Assembly: GCA_963842085.1 (NCBI GenBank)
Contig: CAWJET010000001.1
Location: 3,008,001 to 3,072,000, forward strand
Source of the DNA: an uncultured delta proteobacterium
GTDB lineage: Bacteria; Desulfobacterota; Binatia; Binatales; Binataceae
Reading direction: 5' to 3'
DNA: 64,000 bases
Of this stretch, positions 16,220-26,127 are shown piece after piece. The position numbers were made by a program, and so were the translations under genes. Below the pieces are notes generated by a model that saw nothing but the letters and a program-made list of their open reading frames with translations, was not told where the DNA came from and ran no database searches. The stretch's first letter is position 1; each line of letters starts with the position of its first letter.

Positions 16220-18721
16220 CTAGTCTTTTGCACGGGCGACCGCGTCTTCGATGGCCGGCATGTTCTTGCGATCCTGATCCGTGTACTGAGCCGGGCCGAG
16301 ATTGAAGGTCACCTTGTCAATCTTGCCCGTGAACTTGAACGGACAATCATAACGATACTCGACGAGTGCGACGCCGGTGCGGGTATCCAGCCCGACGTCG
16401 AAGTCTTCGTCTTCGGGGAACGTGATGGGAGTGGTGTGATCCATGTGCTTCCTGTCCACTTCCTTGCCGTCCACCGAGAGCACGCCGGTGCCGCCTTTGC
16501 CGAGGCCGGGGCCGTCGAGCTTGAAGTCGAACACGATGGTGTGTTTGCCGGCGCTCAGTTCCGGTCCTTCCCAAATCGTGCGCTTGAGATCGAGCAGATT
16601 GTAAAGAAACACGACCTTGCCGTGGCGGACTCCCAACTCGCCTTTGGAGAGGAACAAGCCGTAGCCGCCAAAGCGACCGCCCTCGGTGACGATCATGCCT
16701 TCGCCGCCGCCTTCAGGAATATCGACGTTGGCGGTGATGGTGTAGTCCTTGTCGAGGATGTTAGGCGCGGTGCTGGGCGGCACGCCGCTCAATTCACCCG
16801 AATAGGTGAATGTGGTCCGTCCCGCTGTGGCGCTCGGACGCTGCGTGAGGAAGCGTGCAAGCGTCGAGTTGTCGAGTGGCAGCACGTCGTATTTCTTCGC
16901 CTGCTCGTAAAAGACATCCTGCAATTGCTTGAGCTTGTCCGGCATCTTGTCGGCAAGGTCGTTGTACTCGGTGACGTCTTCATTGAGGTTGTACAGTTCC
17001 CACTTGTAACCGGTAATCACGTCGGGCGGCGTGGCGGTGCTCAGCTCCCATGGAAGACTTACCGGCGTCGTGACCGCCATCCAACCGTCCAGGTAAATGG
17101 CGCGGTTGCCGAGCATCTCAAAGTACTGTGTCGTGTGCCGCGTCGGTACATCGGCGTTCTTCTTGTCCCACGTGTACACCATACTAACGCCTTCAATCGG
17201 GCGCTGCTTGATGCCGTTGATCGTGTCGGGAGCTGGGATGCCGGTCGCATCAAGGATCGTCGGGACGATGTCGATGACGTGATGGAACTGATGGCGGATG
17301 CCACCCCCGTCCGTGATGTGGCCGGGCCATGACATGGCCATACCATTGGCCGTCCCGCCGCGATGCGACGCCACCTGCTTTACCCACTTGAACGGGGTAT
17401 CCATCGCCCACGCCCAGGCGGCCGCATAGTGCGGAAAGGTCCGATCCGATCCCCAGAAGGGATACCAGAGAAATTGATCCTTGACCGGCACGGCGACGCC
17501 ATTGAAGGTTGTGAACTCGTTCGGCGTGCCGTTGAGCATGCCCTCCGCGCTCGCGCCGTTGTCGCCGCTTATGTAGATGATCAACGTGTTGTCGAGTTCG
17601 CCCATGTCGTCGACGGCCTGGATGACCCGGCCGATTTCGTGGTCGGTGTAGGCTAGGAACGCGCCGTACACGTCGGCCTGCTTGATGTAGAGTTTTTTCT
17701 GCTCGAAACTCAGGGTATCCCACTCCGGCAGTTCCTTCGGCCACGGCGTCAGCTTCGCATCGGCGGGCATGATGCCGAGACGTTTCTGGTTGGCAAAGAT
17801 GGTATCGCGCAATTTGTTCCATCCGCCGTCGAACAAGTGCTGGTCGCCGATTTTCTTGATCCACTCGGGCGTCGGATGATGAGGCGCGTGAGTACCGCCG
17901 GGAACGTAGTAGACAAAGAACGGCTTGCCGGGCGCGATCTCCTTGAGCTGCGTCATGTAGTGGATGGCGTCGTCAGCCATCGCGGTGGTGAGGTTCCATC
18001 CGGGATGGCCATCGAAGGGGTAGATGGCCGTCGTGTTGCGGAACAGGTTCGGCTGCCACTGGCTCGTATCGCCGCCGACGAAGCCGTAGAAATACTCGAA
18101 GCCCATCCCGACGGGCCATTGATCGAATGGCCCGGCCTGGCTCGCCTGGTAGAAAGGCGTGTTGTGGTCCTTGCCGAACCAAGCAGTCGCGTACCCGTTC
18201 TCCTTGAGGATCTCGCCGATGGTGCCGGTGTCCTTCCTGATTATCGAATCGTACCCCGGGAACCCCGTCGCAGCTTCCCCCACAACCCCAAAGCCGGCCA
18301 CGTGATGGTTTCGTCCCGTGATCAAGGCGGCGCGCGTGGGTGAGCATAACGAAGTGGTATGGAACTGCGTGTACCGCAGCCCGTTTTTCGCGATGCGATC
18401 CAACGCCGGTGTCTCGACAACGCCGCCAAACGTGCTGGGCGCACCGAACCCCTCGTCGTCCGTCATGATGAGCAGAATGTTGGGCGCACCCTTGGGCGGT
18501 ACGATGCGCGGCGGCCACCAAGGCGTCGACTCCGAGGCTTTCTCCTTGATGACGCCGCCAAAATTCGGATCAGGCGGCGGAAGCTGATTTCCGGGGATGG
18601 TGGTGGTGGCGTTAGGTGCGCCCAACTCGCCGGTGACTTGCTGCGCGATGCAGGAGGACGAGGGGAGCGCAAATGCGAGGGCGCAGAGCGCAATCGCGAC
18701 AACATGTTTGATTCGGTTCAT
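16220..18721 (-). CDS. Arylsulfatase (Cys-type, formylglycine-dependent)
   Basis: Signal peptide, PNILLIMTDD, CSPTRAALITG, FGKDH, HAPHH, SGDNG. Confidence 0.93.
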   Translation of the reverse strand: MNRIKHVVAIALCALAFALPSSSCIAQQVTGELGAPNATTTIPGNQLPPPDPNFGGVIKEKASESTPWWPPRIVPPKGAPNILLIMTDDEGFGAPSTFGGVVETPALDRIAKNGLRYTQFHTTSLCSPTRAALITGRNHHVAGFGVVGEAATGFPGYDSIIRKDTGTIGEILKENGYATAWFGKDHNTPFYQASQAGPFDQWPVGMGFEYFYGFVGGDTSQWQPNLFRNTTAIYPFDGHPGWNLTTAMADDAIHYMTQLKEIAPGKPFFVYYVPGGTHAPHHPTPEWIKKIGDQHLFDGGWNKLRDTIFANQKRLGIMPADAKLTPWPKELPEWDTLSFEQKKLYIKQADVYGAFLAYTDHEIGRVIQAVDDMGELDNTLIIYISGDNGASAEGMLNGTPNEFTTFNGVAVPVKDQFLWYPFWGSDRTFPHYAAAWAWAMDTPFKWVKQVASHRGGTANGMAMSWPGHITDGGGIRHQFHHVIDIVPTILDATGIPAPDTINGIKQRPIEGVSMVYTWDKKNADVPTRHTTQYFEMLGNRAIYLDGWMAVTTPVSLPWELSTATPPDVITGYKWELYNLNEDVTEYNDLADKMPDKLKQLQDVFYEQAKKYDVLPLDNSTLARFLTQRPSATAGRTTFTYSGELSGVPPSTAPNILDKDYTITANVDIPEGGGEGMIVTEGGRFGGYGLFLSKGELGVRHGKVVFLYNLLDLKRTIWEGPELSAGKHTIVFDFKLDGPGLGKGGTGVLSVDGKEVDRKHMDHTTPITFPEDEDFDVGLDTRTGVALVEYRYDCPFKFTGKIDKVTFNLGPAQYTDQDRKNMPAIEDAVARAKD

Positions 18722-18909
18722 ACGAAGATTATCCTTTAAGACTTGGCAAATCTTTCCGTGGACAGTTATGGTCGTCTTTCCTTCCGGACGACTTCTGGAA
18801 GATCCGAAGTGTACGGTTCAGGTAGTCGAGCAGATTTGAGCCAGCGCCAAGCTTTGGAGGGCAAATTGTATCTGCGGCCGATGCTTTCGCGTTCCCAGCA
18901 CAGTCGGCT

Positions 18910-19206
18910 TTACTGCTTCATCACGATTACGTTTCCGTCCTGGTCCAGCTTGACGCAATCAACCTGTTGCCCCGAGTAGTATGGCCCGCAGATCGATTTG
19001 TCCACATTCGGGCATTTGTATAGATTGGTGCCAATCTGCTGGCATTGCGTAACGTCGAAATGCAGTCGGGTCTGCAGTTTCTCTTGGGACGCCTGCGAGG
19101 GCGGAAAGATGTAGCATCCCGACAACGCGATCATCGTCGCCAATACCGTGAATGCCCCCACTTTTAACGAGCGCCGGTGGATAGTGCCTGCCTCATTGTT
19201 TTTCAT
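18910..19206 (-). CDS. Small four-Cys lipoprotein
   Basis: Lipobox LSGC; RBS gaggagg; paralog at 31139-31438. Confidence 0.7.
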   Translation of the reverse strand: MKNNEAGTIHRRSLKVGAFTVLATMIALSGCYIFPPSQASQEKLQTRLHFDVTQCQQIGTNLYKCPNVDKSICGPYYSGQQVDCVKLDQDGNVIVMKQ

Positions 19207-19370
19207 AGTTTTGATCCTCCTCGTTTCAAAGACCTAGCGCGCTTTTGATGAGCTTTTCAGGCTAGCACGACTACCATTGCAACCTCGCTGGAGCCAACCA
19301 CAAAATTCGAAGCTCGTTTTGTGCACTCGTATCCACCCTCTGCCCCAGACTGACCACCCTATGGCAATCG

Positions 19371-20300
19371 TCATGGCTGCGAAACTATGTAGACGACCTG
19401 ACTACCGCTATAAAACGGCTTGTAGTAAACCCCATTTGCGCTGTAGTAAGTGCTTCCATTGATAGTCGTAGGGAACGCACCTGCGGGAAGCGAATACACC
19501 GTGGAGCCCACCGCCGGAGTACCATATGAAGCTGGCTGATATCCGTACGGTGGATTGTTCTCGATGATCGTCGTCGACGGAGTCTGGCTCTGCGCATTGG
19601 CTGTCATCATCGAGCCGACTGCCATGCCGCCCACTGCTCCCAACGCAGCCGCGCCCAATGCCTCGCCGGTGCTCGAGCCGCCGTCACCGTCGCTGCAGCA
19701 GTCGTTATACGGACCATAGGAGCCGCCGCCGTAGTAGTTGGTGTCGCCTGCATTGTTGTTGATCGTGGCATCTTGTTTGTTCTGTAGCTGCTTTTCGGTG
19801 TTTTCGTTGTTCTTCTGAAGAGTATTAGCTTCGTTGTACTGGGCCTGCTTCTGGGCCGTCTGATTGGTATCGTAGGTATTGTAAGCGTTGCCATTGCCCT
19901 TCTGATATTCGCTTGACGATTGCGAGCTGCTGTTGGGGTGGTACTCGTTTGACGATGACCGAGAACCGCTATTCTGGTGCTGCCACGAACTGGCACCACC
20001 ATTTGAATGATCCTTAGACGAGCTACCGCTATGGCCGAAGCTTCCGCCGCCGAAACCATCGCCACCAAATCCTTTGAAGCCGCCGCCCCCTCCACCACCG
20101 AAGCTGTGCCCCCCTCCGCCGCCTCCGCCACCGCCAAAGCCGTGGAATCCCCCACCCCCGCCCCCGCCAAAGCGTCCTCCACCGCCGCCACCGCCAAATC
20201 TTGCCGATGCTTGCGGAATGGCGACGAGGGAGATCGCAATCGCCAACATCGTTGTAAGTGTAAACACGCGAGCGAATCGGACATTGCCTCTCGTAATCAT
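19371..20300 (-). CDS. Secreted Gly-rich low-complexity protein with DUF6515-like C-terminus
   Basis: Signal peptide, poly-Gly, C-terminal PAVGSTVYSLP...NGSTYY..NGVYYKP...YIV. Confidence 0.7.
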   Translation of the reverse strand: MITRGNVRFARVFTLTTMLAIAISLVAIPQASARFGGGGGGGRFGGGGGGGFHGFGGGGGGGGGHSFGGGGGGGFKGFGGDGFGGGSFGHSGSSSKDHSNGGASSWQHQNSGSRSSSNEYHPNSSSQSSSEYQKGNGNAYNTYDTNQTAQKQAQYNEANTLQKNNENTEKQLQNKQDATINNNAGDTNYYGGGSYGPYNDCCSDGDGGSSTGEALGAAALGAVGGMAVGSMMTANAQSQTPSTTIIENNPPYGYQPASYGTPAVGSTVYSLPAGAFPTTINGSTYYSANGVYYKPFYSGSQVVYIVSQP

Positions 20301-21082
20301 GGCTTCGACTCCTTAACCGTCATGAACTCGATCCGCTTGAAGTCCTTGGGCACAGCTGGCCGAAAACGGCTGGCCGGTAGTTTTTGCGGAAACTTCCAAT
20401 CTGAAAGCAACGCAATGTATTCAGGCGATCCCGGCAAGTTCCTATAGTTGATCACGACCTTGCGAGGGATTGGCTTTCCCGAGCGATCGAGCCAGAGTTG
20501 GAAATCGGCTTTTGGCGATGAAAAAGCGATGTGATCGCATTCGACACCGTTGACGTCTCCTGGTCCGACGTACCCGCCATAGGTGATCTCTTTGCGGAGT
20601 AACTTGCATGTATCGCTCGCTGCGAAGTCGGACAGAGGAATCGTGAGGTTCATGTCCGCTACGCGATCCAGCATCCCGTCGATGACTGAAGGCACCGCAA
20701 CGGTCGCATAGACCATGCGCGAGGGGTCGAGGATGGTTAGAGTACCGTCGCTGTACCAAAGCTCCTTTGCCCCGAGGTCGCTCTGGTAGTCGACGGCGAG
20801 TTCGTCCGGTCGCTGAACCGAGAAGTCCATGGCGCCCGCGAACTGAACCTTCACGTCGGGAGGCAGCACCTGATCGAACATTATCTCGGCGTGGAAGCTG
20901 AACGCGTCGGCCGAACTGAGCGTCTGGCATGCTTTGGTCAACAGTTTGTCAGCGTATGGGGCGATGCCGCTCGGGGGCGCGGTGGAGGTCGACGCCGGTT
21001 CGGCAGCGAATGTAACGCAAATGGTGCCGAGAACTATGCCGAGAAAAAGCCCGAGGTTAACGATCAAATCTTTGCTTCGCAT
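20297..21082 (-). CDS. DUF2092-family periplasmic protein
   Basis: VQRPDEL, LTIPLSDF, VNGVECDHIAF...DFQLW...P.PRKVVI. Confidence 0.8.
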   Translation of the reverse strand: MRSKDLIVNLGLFLGIVLGTICVTFAAEPASTSTAPPSGIAPYADKLLTKACQTLSSADAFSFHAEIMFDQVLPPDVKVQFAGAMDFSVQRPDELAVDYQSDLGAKELWYSDGTLTILDPSRMVYATVAVPSVIDGMLDRVADMNLTIPLSDFAASDTCKLLRKEITYGGYVGPGDVNGVECDHIAFSSPKADFQLWLDRSGKPIPRKVVINYRNLPGSPEYIALLSDWKFPQKLPASRFRPAVPKDFKRIEFMTVKESKP

Positions 21083-21163
21083 TGTTCGCCTCTGTACCTA
21101 TAAAATCCGATCTCGGTTTCGCACGTCGTCTGCAAATATCTCAAATTACACAATCCGCGGATA

Positions 21164-21179
21164 TTGGACTTTGGTCTAA
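21164..21179. promoter_or_regulatory. TTGGAC-N4-GTCCAA box (1 mismatch)
   Basis: ttggactttggtctaa upstream of the DUF2092 gene. Confidence 0.65.
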
Positions 21180-21348
21180 CGCGGACACCTATGGCTTCCG
21201 GTACCAGCGCAGGCGCCCATAGCGTTCGAAACATTAGAAACAAGTGTTACGTGTGGTTGTGGCCTGTATGCATGTCTCTGCGTTCTCCTTTTCTGCTTTG
21301 CCTCACATGTCGTGCTTAGGAACTTTCGCTGCCTCCCGGAATCCAGAT

Positions 21349-22673
21349 CTAAACTTTCCAGATTACATTGAGCGCGACGAAGTTCAGATAGTCGGTCGAG
21401 TAGTGCCCCTGCAATGTCCCTGCGAGCGATCCGCGGCGAGCACTGAAAGGAGCGGGGCCTGCGTCCACGAACTCCCACGCAACGCCGGCGGTTACGTCGC
21501 GATTAATCTGATATTGGATGCCAGTGCCATATCGTAACTGGCGATCGATGGGTAGGGTGGGCACGCGGTTCGCTCGCGATACCGGCGAACTGTCATATGC
21601 AAATCCCGCCGACCAGAGCCACTTTTCACCGATCCGTAACTGCTGCCCAATCGCGAGCTGAAAGGTGTCGGAGAAATTCAGGTTGACGTCAACGGTCCGC
21701 TGCTTTCTCGCGGAGATTCCGATCGGGAACTCTCCGAACGCAGACCAGTTCTGCCAGCCAACGTTGCCCATCAGGCTCCAGTTCGAGGTGACTTCGTAAA
21801 GTCCACTCAGCATTACCTGCTGCGGCACTTCCATCGGGATATTGATCTTTGCTCCACCGACTCTGTTGCGAACACGGTTGAGGGCGGGACCGAGACCCGT
21901 GAGATGCGGTCGAAAGCCGAACTTGTAATCGACCGGCGATTGATAGGTCAGTCCGACGCGAAGTTTCTTGATAGGTCTTAGCAGAATGCCGACGTTACCT
22001 CCGAATGCCTCATCCCAGGACTCGATCGAGAGGCCACCGTCCGGCACACGCGGAAGTGCGTTGTTGATCTTCGATTGGAAAGCAGACGCCCGACTGAAAA
22101 GCTAAATCCCGCTCCCACTGAGAGCCAGTCATTCACCATATAGGCGATTGACGGATTGACTTGACCGGTGATAAGTGGCTCCTGCGTTACGTAGTATCGT
22201 CCCGTCCATTTCTTTCCGTAGTTGAATGCTGCTACGAAATCGGAATCGGCAGCCACACCGAGCCGAACCTGCTCCGATAGCCTGTACACGTAGAAGAAAC
22301 CTCCGACAGGTAGGAAGACTCCGGCATTGCCGCCGCCTCCGCCGGGTGTTGTCGTTTCCGGGGCGATATCGAAGTTGGTCGAAGGAAGGAGCGCTCCAGA
22401 AGCACCTAGCAGCTGCGAGCGGTCTAGTAGCGTCATTCCGGCTGGATTGGCGGCGGCAGTCGAGGCATCTGCAGCCATCGCGGCTCGTCCGGCGCTTGCA
22501 GTTCCGAGGTCGGGCGCTCCGGTCTCATACAGCAGCAAGCCGGCGCCGCGCGCTGACGTGGCAACTGTCATCAAGATGGCTGTCGCAAGCGAGACAGTCC
22601 TGCGAACCCTGCGCGACGGGGATTGCTTGCAGAGCAATGCGGCGACCACCCGCCCTGCAAATCCACTTTTCAT
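21349..22673 (-). pseudogene. OmpP1/FadL-family outer-membrane transporter, frameshifted near 22080
   Basis: GLLLYETG..DLGTASAG..A.A.DASTAAANPAGM hatch domain; NPSIAY; frame switches to FQSKINNALPRVPDG; could be a sequencing error. Confidence 0.75.
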
Positions 22674-22731
22674 CTACAACTCGCTCCCCGCGTCGTGTGT
22701 TCGTTTGGGTCGATTGTAATCAGCGCCGTGC

Positions 22732-23454
22732 TCAGGAACTCCATCCCTGTCGATTGTAGTAGTTGACTACCTGCTGAACGATCTGGTCGGTGGTCTTATC
22801 TACGAGATAACCGGTTGAAGAGGTAATGTTCTTCACGCCTCCGGCTGCGAGGTTTACGCCGAGCGACGCGGCCGCTGTGGCGCCGCCCGCAGCTGCTCCA
22901 GCTGGTCCGGTGATTCCGGCACCGGGCATGTAGCCGCTATCAGCGTTGGTAGCGAAGTCGATTATCTCGGTCGAGCCTTGATCGGTCTTCTGAATAACCT
23001 GGACCACTGTATCCACCTTCGATGCGCCTGCGCCAAGGCCGATAACCATTCGACGCAACCGGTTTCCTTGGCTAATGTCGGTAAACTGACCATCGAGGAT
23101 GAGCACGTTGTTACCGGTCGGAGCCACACCGCGCTGCAGGCAGGTAGTATTGATGCCCTTTCCCGTTAAGTCCGCCGCGACCTGGACGCAGATATTTTGC
23201 GCAGTCTGGCGAGCGATCTGGAGCTGCTCAGCATCGTCGTTCGCGTCAGTCATGTTGCGGTAGGCTACCTGAAAGATACCAGAGTTAAGGGATACATCGG
23301 ATGCGCTTGCAGCGAACGGATAAACGACCACTGCGGTGGGTGGTGTGGCCGATATGGGCGCCGCGGAACTCGATTGCGTGACATGCGCACCCGCGCAGCC
23401 GAAGGTCGCGACCGCTAAAACCGCGTAGATTCTCTTCAATACTTTGGACTTCAT
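22732..23454 (-). CDS. DUF4410-like lipoprotein
   Basis: Lipobox FGC; GNRLRRMVIGLGAGAS, SGYMPG. Confidence 0.7.
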   Translation of the reverse strand: MKSKVLKRIYAVLAVATFGCAGAHVTQSSSAAPISATPPTAVVVYPFAASASDVSLNSGIFQVAYRNMTDANDDAEQLQIARQTAQNICVQVAADLTGKGINTTCLQRGVAPTGNNVLILDGQFTDISQGNRLRRMVIGLGAGASKVDTVVQVIQKTDQGSTEIIDFATNADSGYMPGAGITGPAGAAAGGATAAASLGVNLAAGGVKNITSSTGYLVDKTTDQIVQQVVNYYNRQGWSS

Positions 23455-23519
23455 GATTCATCTCCTTTAATCTTAGTTGATTCCTTCTAACTCTTACCTT
23501 TATCTCAGGTTTTTGCATA

Positions 23520-23535
23520 TTGGACTTTGGTCCAA
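23520..23535. promoter_or_regulatory. TTGGAC-N4-GTCCAA box
   Basis: ttggactttggtccaa. Confidence 0.7.
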
Positions 23536-23566
23536 CTCGCCGGCTTGGAACGGAATTGCCTTAACC

Positions 23567-24475
23567 TCATAGCTCTAATTTGGGTAACAGCAGACTCACT
23601 CCAAATCTCAGCGTTAATTGCTCAGTCTGAAGGTCAAACTGTCGATAGACCATCCATTCAGCGGAGAACGACGTGTCCATTGCGTAGCCTTCACCGAACT
23701 TCCAGACTTTCCCAAATCCGGCACTGAGTGGTATTTCGGTGGAAGTGTGGTGACGGTAATTGATCTTCCAAGTGGCGTCGGCAGATTTCAGATACCATCC
23801 GCGATCTAGCTGATAGGTAAGGATCGGTTGGATCTGGAGCGAGCTGACCGGAACCGAATGCGACGATGTGTACGCGAACGACGTCGCCTGCTGAAAGAGA
23901 CCCGCAATCTGTAACCGCGGAATTCCTCGATAGCCGAAAGCCCAGGCCGGCCCCACCTGCCACGCACCCTTGCCGGTGAACTGACTGGTGGACGTCGGGA
24001 ATACGAAATACGGCCCGATCCCCCAGCGAAAGCGCGTTTCCTTCGCGTCCGGCCAGGGCATCACGAACAGGTCCAGAAGTTGGAAGTCGTCGAGAGCAGT
24101 GGTCGTTGAGGCGCCTTTGTTACGAGGAACTGTCACGACTTGAATACTCGGACGGATGAGCTGCTCCAGTGGAGCGAACAATTCTGGGCGCACCGCAAAG
24201 AGTGGCCGGAACTGCAGTGTGTTCGGCTGCGCATTCGTACCGAACTCCGCCGGCGTGTAAATGTCCTGGATCTTGAACTGAGTCAGACTCGCGGTCGGAT
24301 CGTTTACCTTCTCCGCCAGGGATTCATCCGGGGCGCTGGCGGACGTGGTCTGCTGCGCGCGAGCGGGTGAAGAGCCGGCCGACAGGATGAACAGCGCGAT
24401 ACTGAGGACGGCGCACGATCGACATGGGTGTCGCGCGGCATCGCAAGCAACGACTCCGCCTGTGAGATCGCTCAC
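23567..24475 (-). CDS. Putative outer-membrane beta-barrel protein, paralog of 14972-15811
   Basis: LAEKVNDPTA, WGIGPYFVFPT...GKGAWQVGP, IPLSAGFGKV. Confidence 0.6.
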   Translation of the reverse strand: MSDLTGGVVACDAARHPCRSCAVLSIALFILSAGSSPARAQQTTSASAPDESLAEKVNDPTASLTQFKIQDIYTPAEFGTNAQPNTLQFRPLFAVRPELFAPLEQLIRPSIQVVTVPRNKGASTTTALDDFQLLDLFVMPWPDAKETRFRWGIGPYFVFPTSTSQFTGKGAWQVGPAWAFGYRGIPRLQIAGLFQQATSFAYTSSHSVPVSSLQIQPILTYQLDRGWYLKSADATWKINYRHHTSTEIPLSAGFGKVWKFGEGYAMDTSFSAEWMVYRQFDLQTEQLTLRFGVSLLLPKLEL

Positions 24476-24479
24476 AGCG

Positions 24480-25208
24480 TTATTGAGCTGCCGGCGTACG
24501 CCCCTGGAGCTCGAGCAGGCGGCTCGTTATCCGCTCTGCCCAGTAGTCCATCGCGGCTTTGGCGTCGCCCCATTCCCATGTCGCAGCCTGGCTGATTGCC
24601 ATACCACCGCTGCGCTTGTCGACGGCGCCGGCGATAAACTGGTTAGTCGCGCCATCGGTCGCCATCATCTCGGCTTCAGCCGAACCAGCGAAAGCGTAAC
24701 TCCCGGTCGCCAGCGACTGGATTCCGTTGAGAGCTCGGGCCTGCGGAATAACGACCGATACTGTGCGCAAAACGGGAGTCGCAGTGGTGGCGTTGACGAT
24801 CGCGACTCGCAGCACCAGCACGCCCGGTCCGGGCTGGTCGACGAGCGTGAAATCCTTTGACAGATCTTCCTTGAGCTTATTGTGGAAGTAGTCCCCCAGC
24901 ATCTGCTGATCCGACGCCGACACTGTAGTGCTTGGGTCGTCCCAGAATTCAACTGGCTGCAGGAAAATCTTGTTGTACTGGCTCCATTGTGCGTTCGGAT
25001 TGGTGTACACCATTGCCGCCTGGCTCCCCGTGCCGGGTTGCAGCAACGATGCACCCTGCCCGAAGAATCCACTGATCACCGGAGCTGGCGTGGCGCCTTC
25101 AACTTGTTGCATGACTGCCGGTTTGCTTTCCACGGTTTGAGCACATCCAGACATGAGCAGACCGCAGAACAGAGTGGCAACTGCAGGCGCTACAATTGAG
25201 ACTTTCAT
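24480..25208 (-). CDS. DUF3313-family lipoprotein
   Basis: Lipobox MSGC; SGFFG...LLQPG, YNKIFLQPVE, PGPGVLVLRVAI, WAERITSRL. Confidence 0.75.
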   Translation of the reverse strand: MKVSIVAPAVATLFCGLLMSGCAQTVESKPAVMQQVEGATPAPVISGFFGQGASLLQPGTGSQAAMVYTNPNAQWSQYNKIFLQPVEFWDDPSTTVSASDQQMLGDYFHNKLKEDLSKDFTLVDQPGPGVLVLRVAIVNATTATPVLRTVSVVIPQARALNGIQSLATGSYAFAGSAEAEMMATDGATNQFIAGAVDKRSGGMAISQAATWEWGDAKAAMDYWAERITSRLLELQGRTPAAQ

Positions 25209-25299
25209 AAAGCGCTACCTCCCGCACGGTTTCGTTCGGCGGCAAACCTTGGTGGCTCCACCCGGAATCACTTTTGCGTGTCTTCCGTATGCAAGTAAA

Positions 25300-25315
25300 T
25301 TGGACTTTGGTCCAA
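25300..25315. promoter_or_regulatory. TTGGAC-N4-GTCCAA box
   Basis: ttggactttggtccaa. Confidence 0.7.
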
Positions 25316-25451
25316 TAGAAGCGCGAAGGCATCTTTCTCCTTGTTCTGAACGCGATGCTGTCCTTTCTCTACTGAAGAAGAAGTGCGATCGGAATCGGTG
25401 GCAAACGGCCCCGAGCGCCAAAAGCAGACCGAGTTGCGGGCGCGCGGAGCG

Positions 25452-26108
25452 TTACGAGGACAACTTGCCTTTTGCTTTGGAGAAGTCGGTTCCCGTCGGA
25501 CGAACACCAAGACGCTCCGCCATCACGACGAGATGAGCAAGCGACTCCGCTCTCATCTTTTCCATCACCCGCGCTCGATGAACCTTGATTGTCTTTTCGC
25601 CCGTTCCGAGCTCGTGACCGATCTGCTTGTTGAGCAAACCACTGGTCACCAGCACTAACACTTCCCGCTCGCGGGGAGTCAGAAACTCGTATCGACGACG
25701 AAGTTCTTCGAGTTCACCGTACGAGGTTTTCTGCTTGCGGCTGCGTTCGGCGGAACGCCGAATTGCCGCGATGAGAGCTTTGTCATCGACTGGCTTCTCC
25801 AGGAAGTCCACCGCGCCAGCCCGGATCGCGTTGACCGTCATGGGAATATCGCCGTGGCCCGTTATGAAGACGACGGAAAGGTAGGGCAAGGTTTCAGCGA
25901 GAGTCTCCTGCAGCTTGAAGCCATCAATTCCGGGCATGCGGACGTCTGTCACGGCACAATCGAACTGATCGCGCTTTAAGCTTCCGAGAAACTCGTTTGC
26001 TGAAGAAAAAGTAACTACCTGGATTCCGGCCGTTTTGATCAGCCGTGCCAATGAGGTCCGCGCTGATTCGTCATCATCGATTAGGGCGATTTTGATCGAG
26101 GCAGGCAT
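25452..26108 (-). CDS. FixJ/NodW-type response regulator (REC + LuxR HTH)
   Basis: IDDD, DVRMP, ITGHGDIPM, DFLEKP, LTPREREV...NKQIG..LG..EKTIKVHR. Confidence 0.92.
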   Translation of the reverse strand: MPASIKIALIDDDESARTSLARLIKTAGIQVVTFSSANEFLGSLKRDQFDCAVTDVRMPGIDGFKLQETLAETLPYLSVVFITGHGDIPMTVNAIRAGAVDFLEKPVDDKALIAAIRRSAERSRKQKTSYGELEELRRRYEFLTPREREVLVLVTSGLLNKQIGHELGTGEKTIKVHRARVMEKMRAESLAHLVVMAERLGVRPTGTDFSKAKGKLSS

Positions 26109-26127
26109 CGTGCCGGCGCTGTCCGAA

